Below, one piece after another: positions 30,781 to 40,703 of a stretch of 64,000 nt of DNA. The stretch comes from Leptospira sp. (GTDB lineage: Bacteria > Spirochaetota > Leptospiria > Leptospirales > Leptospiraceae): contig JAWXAQ010000036.1 of the NCBI GenBank assembly GCA_034439575.1, forward strand, positions 64,001 through 128,000. The letters run 5' to 3'. The position numbers were made by a program, and so were the translations under genes. Each line of letters starts with the position of its first letter. Position 1 is the first letter of the stretch. The notes beneath the pieces are model-generated. The model saw only the letters and a program-made list of their open reading frames with translations, was not told where the DNA came from and searched no databases.

Positions 30781-31542
30781 TTAGTAAGCTATTTGGAAAA
30801 AATGTTTCCAATATTCATAAGTTTTTAGATCATTTGGTGTGCCATAACATAAGTAATGATCAATTTCAAATACTTTCACTTTTTGTTTTTTTTCAATCAA
30901 TTCATTCATCAATTCATCAATATAAAATTCATTATTGATTCTTCGATTTTTTGAAAACATTACTTCATAAGCATTAAAAAAATCTTTCGCTTTTTTAAAA
31001 TAGAATGAACCAACAATCGCATGATCTTGCACTGGATTATCAGAAATGGGAATTTTGCAAGAAACTGAAATAGCATTATTGCCTTCTGTTTTTACCCATC
31101 CGTACATTTTTGGATTTCGTTTAACAGTCGCATTATTTCTAAAAGTCCAGATACATGCATCTACTTGCGCATCATTCAAAATTTTTTTCCATTCCAGTTC
31201 ATTCCAGGTCATTCCATTGTCACACGGCCCGATAAATAATTCAGAATTTTCTGGAATCAGATCCTTTGCAAGTGAAGCGGTAGTCGCCTGACCCTCTGTT
31301 AAATAATCTATAGAGATAAATTTAGAATTTGGAAATTCCTTTAATAAGGTTTCCTTAAGAGGAAATTGAGATTGATGTTCTTCTCTTATAACAAATATCC
31401 AAAGATCTGCTTGAGGTAAAGATTGACAAGCTTCTATAATCATTGGTTTTCCATTAACATCAATTAGTGGTTTAGGTAAAGTATAGCCTTCATCAGAGAA
31501 TCTTTTTCCAGCTCCTGCCATTGGGATCAAATTAACTCGCAT
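30781..31542 (-). CDS. Sugar-phosphate nucleotidyltransferase family protein
   Basis: IPMAGAGKRF..GY.LPKPLI, TEGQA, NNEFYI, GTPNDL. Confidence 0.85.
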   Translation of the reverse strand: MRVNLIPMAGAGKRFSDEGYTLPKPLIDVNGKPMIIEACQSLPQADLWIFVIREEHQSQFPLKETLLKEFPNSKFISIDYLTEGQATTASLAKDLIPENSELFIGPCDNGMTWNELEWKKILNDAQVDACIWTFRNNATVKRNPKMYGWVKTEGNNAISVSCKIPISDNPVQDHAIVGSFYFKKAKDFFNAYEVMFSKNRRINNEFYIDELMNELIEKKQKVKVFEIDHYLCYGTPNDLKTYEYWKHFFQIAY

Positions 31543-31957
31543 TATACTGCCCTGATTCCTTTTTCTTTTTATTATTAAAAACGAAAAAATTCGTTCCGAG
31601 AAAATTCAAAATTGTTGAGATACAAATTGCAAAGATATTTCCGATTTGAGCATTGAATAAAGCGATATCGTCAACTATGAATTTTAAGAAAATCGTACTA
31701 AGCACAAGGGAAAATGTATAAACGATTAAATATTTAAAAAATACATCCTTATGTGTAACATCTGCTTGTTTTTTATATGTCCAAGTTTTATTTAAAAAGT
31801 AACCAACAATTAATCCAATTACATATCCCATTATGGAAGAGATGATATAATGCATAAAATTCATAAATAAAGTAAATGAAAGATAATTTATTATGGTACT
31901 TATGCCACCAACAATTAAGAAACGAATCAAATTTTTGAATGTCTGATTCAGAATCAT
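31532..31957 (-). CDS. GtrA family flippase
   Basis: Four TM segments; RFLIVGG..T.INY, YFLNKTWTY, NFLG..FFVF. Confidence 0.88.
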   Translation of the reverse strand: MILNQTFKNLIRFLIVGGISTIINYLSFTLFMNFMHYIISSIMGYVIGLIVGYFLNKTWTYKKQADVTHKDVFFKYLIVYTFSLVLSTIFLKFIVDDIALFNAQIGNIFAICISTILNFLGTNFFVFNNKKKKESGQYNAS

Positions 31958-32712
31958 TTTGTTTTTGTAAAAAAATTAGACCAATACAAATATTCTTCAA
32001 GGTCTTCCGGAGTTCCCCATTGTAACATAAATGGGATTTCGTAAATATAAACTTTTAACCCACTTTCGACTAACTGATTGTAAGTTAGTGAAACATAATA
32101 TTCTCCATTCAATTCTATATTTTTTTCCATCAAGGCATTGAATGAGTTTTTTAAAATTCTTCCATTTTTGTAATAGTACGTTCCAGAGGATTGGAAACAA
32201 TCCATCTTGTTAGGTGTAAAAGTATGTTTTTCTTTAATTTCAAACATCCAATTATTTTCTTCTCGCATAGAGGCATAAAGATTTGGATGCAATAGATGAG
32301 GATGAAAGCCTTTGTAAGATATTACACAACCATCACATTCATTTTCACTGACCGTTTTTTTGAAATTTTCAAAATTCCAACGCCATGAAAAATCGCAATA
32401 GTTAACGATACATTGTTCATCATCATTTATTTTTTCGTAAGCACGCGATACTGCATAAACGGGGCCTTTCTTATGAGGCTTTATAGAGATGATTTCCGAA
32501 TTAGGTGCAATAGAATTTAATAATTCTCTCATATTCGTTGTTTGGAGATGATCTTCGTTGCAAATAAATATAAAATTTGAATCTTTTGGAAATCTTTCGA
32601 CAACATGTTGAATGATAGGCTTACCTTCAACTTGAATTAAAGGTTTAGGTTCTTTGTAACCAGCCTTTAAAAATCTTTGCCCAGTGCCTGACATTGGAAT
32701 TATTATTTTCAT
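31954..32712 (-). CDS. Sugar-phosphate nucleotidyltransferase family protein
   Basis: IPMSGTGQRF..AGY..PKPLI, NYCDF, NGEYYVS, QWGTPEDL. Confidence 0.85.
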   Translation of the reverse strand: MKIIIPMSGTGQRFLKAGYKEPKPLIQVEGKPIIQHVVERFPKDSNFIFICNEDHLQTTNMRELLNSIAPNSEIISIKPHKKGPVYAVSRAYEKINDDEQCIVNYCDFSWRWNFENFKKTVSENECDGCVISYKGFHPHLLHPNLYASMREENNWMFEIKEKHTFTPNKMDCFQSSGTYYYKNGRILKNSFNALMEKNIELNGEYYVSLTYNQLVESGLKVYIYEIPFMLQWGTPEDLEEYLYWSNFFTKTK

Positions 32713-32713
32713 A

Positions 32714-33781
32714 TTATTTATTTTGCCTAAATTTTTCAGATTCCCAATTACCTAAATAAGCTAGTTCACTTTTAGGTAATGTGATAATATCATTTTTACC
32801 AGCCAATTTCAAACTTAATAAATGCAATTTCATTACTTCTTCCATTTCTTTCGCCTTACGTAAGTTTTTTGCGAAAAAGTGAAGTTTGCCATGCCAATAT
32901 ACAACTTTCGGAAGTTCATGATACTCAGTTTTGTATTTTAAAATTTCTTTTTTATCGAGAGTTTCATTAGCCATTAGAGCTTTAGCGCCATTAAAAACAA
33001 AACTATCGGGGAAAGTTGGATCAATATTTAAAAATTCAAAATTTGATTCTAAAATTGAGTTTATTTCTTTATCATCTGATGAATAAAATATTCCAGTCAT
33101 TTCACCTAGCGAGTGATACATTGAGTTGAGTGTTTCACTTTCTCGAAATTTTTTAAAATTATATTCCAGTTTAGTTTCAAGTTCGAGTAAAATTTTTTCT
33201 AACAATCCCCAAGTTTCTAAATAAGTATCCCCATTTATAATCAATCCATGGTTTTTTAAAAAGATTACATTTGGTAATTCTTTAGAATTTTGTATTTTAT
33301 CTAAAAGTAAAAGTGCGAGTTCAATACCAGGGGTTCCATAATCAACTATACATGCATCTGGAAATAATTCTTTTATCGTCTTGATTCCATTATCTGAAAT
33401 TAAGAAAGGTAAAGTTTGTAATGGATGAACATGGAGAGTAAATTTTCGAAAGAAAACATGTAAAAAAGTTTCGATGGAAGGACGCTGCGTTGTCGTTGAA
33501 TTACTTTCCGTTAAAAGTTGATTCGCTTTCTTTTCTTTATCTTCTTTTGAAATTAAAGATATCCAATCAATATTAGAAATTTGTTCCTTTAATGATAAAT
33601 AATTTACGATAGAATAACCAGAATCCAAGGAAACTTCTGACAATAAACAACCTGATGATTTAATCCACATTGAACCATTATTATCTTTAACACTTGTATT
33701 GCCCCCACCAGCTTGTGTGAGATCTAATCTCATGCCAGCACGTTTTGACATAATCACAAAATCCGAAAAATCAGGATTCAT
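32714..33781 (-). CDS. Class II aldolase/adducin family protein (RhaD-like)
   Basis: AGGGNTSVK, IKSSG, RPSIETFLH, LHVHP, PGIELA, LKNHGLI Zn-binding motifs. Confidence 0.88.
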   Translation of the reverse strand: MNPDFSDFVIMSKRAGMRLDLTQAGGGNTSVKDNNGSMWIKSSGCLLSEVSLDSGYSIVNYLSLKEQISNIDWISLISKEDKEKKANQLLTESNSTTTQRPSIETFLHVFFRKFTLHVHPLQTLPFLISDNGIKTIKELFPDACIVDYGTPGIELALLLLDKIQNSKELPNVIFLKNHGLIINGDTYLETWGLLEKILLELETKLEYNFKKFRESETLNSMYHSLGEMTGIFYSSDDKEINSILESNFEFLNIDPTFPDSFVFNGAKALMANETLDKKEILKYKTEYHELPKVVYWHGKLHFFAKNLRKAKEMEEVMKLHLLSLKLAGKNDIITLPKSELAYLGNWESEKFRQNK

Positions 33782-34466
33782 TTATAATAGTCCTTAGTTC
33801 AAAAAAGTTCTGGAATTGAGTAAATGATTTTTTCTCTTTGATAACATTTTCATGTTTTTGATTAAAATAAAAAGCAAATATTCCTACGTTAGTTGCACCA
33901 AGAATATCCTTTTCCCAATCGTCACCGATCATGCATACTTCGTTAGGTGACAATTTAACCTTATTGAGAGCATTTAAATACATATATGGATGAGGTTTTT
34001 CATGACCAGTTTCTTCGCTTGTTACGATTGATATATTTTTAGATTTTCCTAATCCAAGTGAGATTAATTTTTGAAATTGAATTTGGGATGTGAGGTCAGT
34101 GACAAAACAAATTGGAAAATTCTTAATTAATTCATAAAATTCCAACCAACCGGATTTGGGTTTCATATTTGAAATAAAATTATCCCAATAGATTTTTTCG
34201 GCACCGAAAGCTATTTCTGGAACTGGAATCTGTAAATTTTCGCAAATGATTTGAAAATAAAACAAACGACTGTGCGATTGCGCAGTCCCTCTATTTCTAA
34301 ACTTATTAATAACTTTAGCTTCATCATATTGATTTTTCAATTCTGATATAGTTATTTGAGTTTTATTCGCAATCCACTCTAAACTATTCTGGAGGGCGAC
34401 TTTATGAACTGGTTCATAATCATAAATCGTATTGTCTATATCTATTAGAAAACCTTTATATTTCAT
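33771..34466 (-). CDS. HAD-superfamily phosphatase
   Basis: DIDNTIY, SEETGHEKPHP, MIGDDWEKDILGA. ATG at 34466 with GAGG RBS. Confidence 0.9.
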   Translation of the reverse strand: MKYKGFLIDIDNTIYDYEPVHKVALQNSLEWIANKTQITISELKNQYDEAKVINKFRNRGTAQSHSRLFYFQIICENLQIPVPEIAFGAEKIYWDNFISNMKPKSGWLEFYELIKNFPICFVTDLTSQIQFQKLISLGLGKSKNISIVTSEETGHEKPHPYMYLNALNKVKLSPNEVCMIGDDWEKDILGATNVGIFAFYFNQKHENVIKEKKSFTQFQNFFELRTIINES

Positions 34467-34470
34467 ATTG

Positions 34471-36504
34471 TTATCCTCGTCGTCTAAGACGATCACTTAT
34501 AAATAACATTAATATATAATTCCTAATTGATGTTAATCCATCACTCCATTCAATTCCATCTGATATAATCTCTTCTTTGTTAAGAACTGATTCGTCTAGA
34601 ATAGGCTTTAAATCAATAATCGATGTTAAATTAGATATATTCAATATTTGTTTGCTAAGATCTATTTCATAGTCATGTGAATGTTGGAGTTTGTTTTTTT
34701 CTAAAAAATCAATTAGTGGTTCCAAATTTAAAGACGAATCAAGCCTAATTTCGAGTGAAACTTTTGGTCTATGATCCATATTGCCAATTTCAAAATCATC
34801 ATCTGAATACAAACGGAAAACAATATCCGCAAATTCTTTTTGCGGATAAATAAACTTCTGAGCATCTTCATTCCGTTTATTTATCTGTTCTAATATTTTT
34901 TCTATGGAATAACCTCTCTCTTTACTATCACGAATAATTTTCCAATGTTGTCTTAATTTTTCATCAGTATCCAAATATATTTTTAAATCGAGAGCCTTTC
35001 TTGAAATAGGTAAATAGAAAGTATGTAAACCGCTAATTAATATAAAATCCTTTGAACGAACTCTTTTTGGGTGTGTAAATTTTCCTGTATGATGGTCATA
35101 ATCAGTTCTTAGAATTTCATCTCGACTTTTTAATTGCAAAATTTGTTCGGCTTGTCTGTGCAGAAAATTTGCTTTAGGATTAAGATGTGTTAATTCATCC
35201 CATTTATCATGACCTCGTTCCCACTTGTGATCTCCGTCACCTTCTAATTCTACGACTCTATCAGATGATAAAAGTTTTTTTAATGCATTCAGTAATGAAG
35301 TTTTTCCAACACTACTATCTCCGGCTATACCAATTACAAATGGTTGTTGGAATTTATATATAGAATTACTGAGAATGCCATACCTGTATAAGGCAAAAAT
35401 AAAAAGTGAAAGGGTTGCCTCCATTCCTGTAAATGTAATATTTTTGAAAAATTCTGAATTAATTTTTAATGAAATGGGAGTTCCTAAAAATTTTAAATCT
35501 GATATATTTGAACGAAAGAAAAAAATACTATATGATAATATTAGAATGTTTAATAATCCAAAAAGAATATATATGTTAAAGTTTTTCTTTTGCTGTTTTG
35601 CTATAAATATTGTTACAAACGGTAGAATCCATATAAACCAACCCGGTGCTGGAACGATTAAAGATATTAGCACAAAGAACAAAATTCCCAAAAAGTTAAG
35701 AAATAAATCTGCATTAATCTTTTGGTAACTAAAAAAACGAGCATAAAGTATAGTGAGTGCGAATATAGGTAAAATTAATTTTAAATCTCCCATCCTATAG
35801 TAAACATCGTATGCTCGCGCTTGTTGTTCATTCGCGAGAACGAAATGTTGAAAGCCTTTGGAGTCTAAAAATGGACATATGAAAATAAAAATCGGAAATA
35901 AAAGGATTAACAAGTAGTAGATGGAAAACTTCTTTTCATAATTTTTAAATATATAAATAAGTAAGATTGGAAGTGCGGCAATAACATGAAATTTAGTACT
36001 GAAGCTTAAGCCAAACAGTAAAGCGGATTGCCATAATTTCGCTTTCATTAAAAAATAGATCGAAAAAATTAATAGAGCAGTCGGGATCAGATCCAATTGA
36101 GAGTGAATAAAATTTGCATAGAGAATGATGGGAGATAAAAAATAAAATATAAGTATTTCCTTTTTTTTTGAAGGAATGATTTTTAATAGTATAATATAGG
36201 TTAGAATATCAAAAACCAATAAACTAAGTTTTGATATAAAAATTGCCAAGTAATGTCCTTGTCCAAATAAACAATTTCCAATAAAAACGAATGGAGTTAA
36301 CACGAATAACATGAGAGATCCATATGGAAAAGGAGATGGTAAATTAGGATCCCAGTTTCCTAAATAAAGGTTCCAAGGATTCAAGCCAGTCTTAATAAAA
36401 TCAGAAATAAATGGGTAAAATAAATTATCAAAATAATCCGAAGAAAAAAAATACAAAAATGATATTTTGACAAGTATAATTAGATAAGTGCTTAATAATT
36501 TCAT
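34471..36504 (-). CDS. Fusion: GT-C-like polytopic membrane domain plus phosphoribulokinase/uridine kinase domain
   Basis: N-terminal ~380 aa with FPYG, SKL..LVFD, SP..LY..FIHSQLDLIPT, STKF; C-terminal IGIAGDSSVGKT, DGDHKWER, LNPKANF, YDHHTGKF, RDSKERG, FIYPQKEFAD. Confidence 0.82.
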   Translation of the reverse strand: MKLLSTYLIILVKISFLYFFSSDYFDNLFYPFISDFIKTGLNPWNLYLGNWDPNLPSPFPYGSLMLFVLTPFVFIGNCLFGQGHYLAIFISKLSLLVFDILTYIILLKIIPSKKKEILIFYFLSPIILYANFIHSQLDLIPTALLIFSIYFLMKAKLWQSALLFGLSFSTKFHVIAALPILLIYIFKNYEKKFSIYYLLILLFPIFIFICPFLDSKGFQHFVLANEQQARAYDVYYRMGDLKLILPIFALTILYARFFSYQKINADLFLNFLGILFFVLISLIVPAPGWFIWILPFVTIFIAKQQKKNFNIYILFGLLNILILSYSIFFFRSNISDLKFLGTPISLKINSEFFKNITFTGMEATLSLFIFALYRYGILSNSIYKFQQPFVIGIAGDSSVGKTSLLNALKKLLSSDRVVELEGDGDHKWERGHDKWDELTHLNPKANFLHRQAEQILQLKSRDEILRTDYDHHTGKFTHPKRVRSKDFILISGLHTFYLPISRKALDLKIYLDTDEKLRQHWKIIRDSKERGYSIEKILEQINKRNEDAQKFIYPQKEFADIVFRLYSDDDFEIGNMDHRPKVSLEIRLDSSLNLEPLIDFLEKNKLQHSHDYEIDLSKQILNISNLTSIIDLKPILDESVLNKEEIISDGIEWSDGLTSIRNYILMLFISDRLRRRG

Positions 36505-37043
36505 TTTTTAATTTATAAGGCAGTAACTTTAGTGTTTCGATCTTGATTCAAATTTTTCAATTCCATTCAATTAGTCGATCATTTTTGATCTGAAATATTT
36601 CAGTTTAGAATTTTTAGAAGTAAAGAACTGAAGTTGATTCGAATTCCTTTTTTGGTTTTAGATAAAAATATTAAGCGAAAATTAAATCTATGATCAATTT
36701 ATTTTTGACTCAAAGAATTTGAAAAATCAAATAACACTTGTACATGTTATATGACAATATAAACAAATAAAATTTTTTGAAAAATATACAGTTTTTATTA
36801 AAAATATTGTAAGAATATTAGGTATCCTCTTTTTCTCTTTTTAAGTTCTACAGCAACAAATTTTTCAATCAAGCTCACCTTCACGTATTGGTACGGGAGA
36901 AAATCCACCAAGAAAGTGAAATACTGTTTCTTTTGTGATTAATAAATATAATATAAAACTAAATTGGCACTTTAAAATTTAATTCTAAAAAGTTCGATTT
37001 GATGAAAATTAATCGTCTTTATAGTTAGCCTTATATTTTAAAT

Positions 37044-39779
37044 ATGGAAAGTCTTAAATCGAAGATATTACAGTTTGTCCGCGAATTGCTATTGATTTTC
37101 TTTGTTACAATCGTTTATTTGATCGCTGGCAAAATGAGTCTAAATTTAGCTTCCTTGGATGGCTATAGTACCCCAGTTTGGCCACCTGCAGGGCTTGCAC
37201 TCGGATTTGCTGTTATATTTGGAAAGAAAGTTTGGCCTGCTATTTTTTTAGGAGCCCTTTTTACAAACACTCCTCAGATTTCTTCCTTCGAAAATTTTAT
37301 TTCCTTAATACTTCAAAATCCACAAAATATAACCATTTCTTTAGGTAATGCGACATCTGCTTTGCTTGGTGCTTTTCTATTGAAGAAATACAGCGATTCA
37401 AATTTAAATTTATTTCAAATTCATCAAATTATTATATTTTTTGTATTCGCTGGACCCTTAAGCTCCGTCATAGCTGCGTTAATAGGTAGTTTATCTCTAT
37501 ACTATTTTCATATTATATATTTTGAATATCTCTTTCAGGCTTGGCTTACTTGGTGGATGGGTGATTCTATCGGTATCATCATTTTTGCTCCACTAGTAAT
37601 TCTGATTTGGAAGTGGTATAATAAAGAAGAAAGTTTAATCAGACTTTCTATTTTTGCATCTGCAATAATTGGAACTTTTACTTTCACAATAATGATTTTT
37701 TTCTTAACTAGAAGTTGGGAAAAGGACTTTTTATCAAATAGAATTAAAGCAGATGGGATAATTATAGCGAAGTCGATAATATCTCGTTTTCATGAACATC
37801 AAAGTATAGTTAGATCTTTGGCATCATTTATTTCATTATCAGAAACTCTCGACAAAAGGAAATTTGAAACATTTGCTAAAGAAAGTTTAGCAGAAGCAGA
37901 TAGTGTTACAGGGCTATCATGGAATCCAATGATCCAACATACAGATAGAAATTATCATGAAAAAATAATGAAAGCTGATTATGAGAATTCAATTGGAATA
38001 ACAGTCCTGGAAGATAAAAAAATAATATTATCCCCAAAATTTGAAGAGTATGTTTATGTGAAATATATTTATCCTTATGAAGAGAATAAACAGGCATTAG
38101 GTCTCAATATTTTTTCGGATAAAGAAAGAAAAGAGGCATTACTTAGTTCAATGGAAAGAAATGCATTCGAAACCACTTCACGAATTTCTCTTGTGCAGGA
38201 TCATCAAAATAATTTTGGTCTCTTGTTTTTTTATCCTATAACTTCTGCCCGCGATAGAAAAGGGTTTGCTACAGCTGTTGTTCGCATATCTACAGTTATA
38301 GAGAAAGCCTTAGCAGGTTTCGAACAGGATGAAATATGTATTAAAATTCAAGAATCAAAAACGAACGGAGAAAGTATAATTTTTTCAAAAAATTGTTTAA
38401 ATTCTGATGAAAAAATTTTCGAAGAATATACTTATTTTCAAAACATTCCACTCGGAACTCATATACTCAATGTTAAACTGCAAGCTACCAAAAAATACTT
38501 TATTGCCAATTTAACAAATGCATCGCGATTTATTTTAGTTATCTCTTCTATTCTCACTGGCTTACTCGGAATTCTAGTTTTGATAGTAATGGGCAAAGAA
38601 AAAAGCATACAAGATATTGTTGAAAAAAGAACTTTTGAATTAGAAAATGCAAACAAAGTAAAATCGGAATTTTTAGCCAATATGAGTCATGAGATTCGAA
38701 CGCCAATGAATGGTGTTTTGGGTATGCTCACTTTATTAGAAATGACAAAGATTGATAATGATCAGAAGGATTATATAGAAAATGCTAAAAAATCAGTTAT
38801 TTCACTTCTAATTATAATTAACGATATATTAGATGTTTCAAAAATGGAAGATAAAAAATTAGAGATAATTCCATTAGCAACTAACATAAATAAACTCTGT
38901 CGGGATGTTCGATTACTTTTTGAATCAGATACTATACATAAAAATTTAAATTTTCATTTGAATTTAATGAATTATGATTCGGACTTAATTGCTTTAGTAG
39001 ATGAGAATAGATTAAGACAAATATTAATCAATTTAATAGGCAATGCAATAAAATTTACATTTCAAGGTTCAATCAGTTTAGAAGTAAAATTAAATGAGGA
39101 TGAATCATTTCTAATCTTTAAAATCATTGATACTGGAATAGGTATTTCTGAAGAAAATATTCATCGACTCTTTGATCGATTTGTCCAACTCGAAGATGCA
39201 AGGACAAAAAAATTCGAAGGTTCAGGATTGGGTTTGTATATTTCGAAACAACTTGTTAACATGATGGGTGGAGAAATTTCAGTGGATAGTAAACTTCATT
39301 TTGGGTCTACTTTTCAATTTACAATTCCCTTTGTTAAAAATGATAAACTTAGCATTGATGTAATGAATCCCTTGCCGAATTCTTTGGAATTAAGAAAAAA
39401 TATCAGAATCTTAGTAGTGGAAGATAATCTTTTAAATCAAAAATTTGTGCTAAAAGTTTTAGAAAAAGAGAGAATAGAAGTCTCTCTTGCTTCAAATGGA
39501 AACGAAGCAATAGGTTTATTAGATGAATCAATGCAAAAGAATACGGATAAATTTAATTTGATTCTTATGGATATTCAGATGCCTATCTTAGATGGACTTG
39601 AGACTACAAAATTAATTCGAAAAAGATCAGATATTTATTGCACTATTCCGATCATTGCCCTAACAGCGAATAGCATGGATTCACAATTAAACGAATATTT
39701 TGAGAACGGAATGAATGCCTGTGTTAAAAAACCTATTATACTATCTGAGCTGTTGGGAACTATTTATAAATGGACTTAA
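37044..39779 (+). CDS. Hybrid histidine kinase (MASE1-CHASE-HisKA-HATPase-REC)
   Basis: PVWPPAG and WWMGDSIG (MASE1), YIYP..N..ALGL (CHASE), ANMSHEIRTPMNG, GSGLGL, VEDN..MDIQMP..KP. Confidence 0.93.
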   Translation: MESLKSKILQFVRELLLIFFVTIVYLIAGKMSLNLASLDGYSTPVWPPAGLALGFAVIFGKKVWPAIFLGALFTNTPQISSFENFISLILQNPQNITISLGNATSALLGAFLLKKYSDSNLNLFQIHQIIIFFVFAGPLSSVIAALIGSLSLYYFHIIYFEYLFQAWLTWWMGDSIGIIIFAPLVILIWKWYNKEESLIRLSIFASAIIGTFTFTIMIFFLTRSWEKDFLSNRIKADGIIIAKSIISRFHEHQSIVRSLASFISLSETLDKRKFETFAKESLAEADSVTGLSWNPMIQHTDRNYHEKIMKADYENSIGITVLEDKKIILSPKFEEYVYVKYIYPYEENKQALGLNIFSDKERKEALLSSMERNAFETTSRISLVQDHQNNFGLLFFYPITSARDRKGFATAVVRISTVIEKALAGFEQDEICIKIQESKTNGESIIFSKNCLNSDEKIFEEYTYFQNIPLGTHILNVKLQATKKYFIANLTNASRFILVISSILTGLLGILVLIVMGKEKSIQDIVEKRTFELENANKVKSEFLANMSHEIRTPMNGVLGMLTLLEMTKIDNDQKDYIENAKKSVISLLIIINDILDVSKMEDKKLEIIPLATNINKLCRDVRLLFESDTIHKNLNFHLNLMNYDSDLIALVDENRLRQILINLIGNAIKFTFQGSISLEVKLNEDESFLIFKIIDTGIGISEENIHRLFDRFVQLEDARTKKFEGSGLGLYISKQLVNMMGGEISVDSKLHFGSTFQFTIPFVKNDKLSIDVMNPLPNSLELRKNIRILVVEDNLLNQKFVLKVLEKERIEVSLASNGNEAIGLLDESMQKNTDKFNLILMDIQMPILDGLETTKLIRKRSDIYCTIPIIALTANSMDSQLNEYFENGMNACVKKPIILSELLGTIYKWT

Positions 39780-39812
39780 GTTTCATTTTTTAAAATAAAT
39801 CTTTTTAATTAT

Positions 39813-40610
39813 TTATACATTTGATTTTTGATATTCTTCAGGGGTAAGGCCAATTGTTTTTTTAAAATCTTTAATAAAGTGAGACTGATCAAAATAATTC
39901 ATATCTAAAGCAAAATCAGCATAATTAATTTTATTTGCTTTCTCCAACCGTTCTGCTGCTTCATGAAGCCTGAACCTTTGGATTACCCATTTGGGTGTGG
40001 CTCCCACATATACATGAAATAGTCTTTGGATCTTTCTTTCACTCATTGTAAATATTTTTGCCAATTGGTTTACAGTTTGAATACTACGATGGGATTTAAT
40101 TTTCTCTATAATTTGATTTATAATTAGTATATTAGGATCGTTATCGGGTAGAATTGACTCTAACCAATTTTCGATATATTTAATTTTCTCAAAGTCTGAT
40201 TGCAAAGATAAAATTTTATTATCTAATGTTATATTATAAGACTTTAATATAGTTTTTGTAACGTAAGTTTTATTACTAAGATTGCTTATATTTTGTTTGC
40301 AAAAAGGGTAGAATGCTCCAGGGCGAAATTTTACTCCAAATACGGAACCTTTGCCACTCAAAAGAATTGAAAATTTTTTTTTCATAACACCATATATTTT
40401 TGATCCATTATTATCAAAAACGATGTGTACGCTAGGAAAGGGAAGAGTCTCAGCAAGGAATGGATTTTTTCCAGTTAAATCCCATTTTACACTCCAATAA
40501 TGTTCAATGAAAAATTCAAATTTTTGACTTGGGAAAAATCTGGCACTTTGCGTTGCACTGTTGTTTTTAGTTTGACGAAGGACTCCTCTTGTAGCTTTAC
40601 CTTTTTCCAT
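39813..40610 (-). CDS. AraC family transcriptional regulator
   Basis: GVKFRPG N-terminal domain; YFDQSHFIKDFK...TP HTH. Confidence 0.9.
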   Translation of the reverse strand: MEKGKATRGVLRQTKNNSATQSARFFPSQKFEFFIEHYWSVKWDLTGKNPFLAETLPFPSVHIVFDNNGSKIYGVMKKKFSILLSGKGSVFGVKFRPGAFYPFCKQNISNLSNKTYVTKTILKSYNITLDNKILSLQSDFEKIKYIENWLESILPDNDPNILIINQIIEKIKSHRSIQTVNQLAKIFTMSERKIQRLFHVYVGATPKWVIQRFRLHEAAERLEKANKINYADFALDMNYFDQSHFIKDFKKTIGLTPEEYQKSNV

Positions 40611-40703
40611 TTATCAGTTCTCTTTTTTATAATTGTCGTGTTTTTACAATCAAAATACAACCATATGTTATAAACTGAATATGTATTAGGAAGGAAAACA
40701 TTT

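Noticed and set aside
34471-35340. Phosphoribulokinase as evidence of carbon fixation
   Set aside because: No RuBisCO in the window; the CbbQ-like gene is norQ by context; the kinase is fused within a glycosylation operon.
36870-36930. Slightly GC-richer patch upstream of the glycosylation island (possible JUMPStart/ops or gene remnant)
   Set aside because: No GGCGGTAG ops core, resemblance is on the wrong strand, and there is no ORF support.
36964-36980. TTGGCAC possible sigma54 -24 element
   Set aside because: No TTGC -12 element at the required spacing.
36999-37012. TTGAT-GAAA-ATTAA near-FNR box upstream of the MASE1 kinase
   Set aside because: One mismatch in very AT-rich DNA and no functional link; chance match likely.
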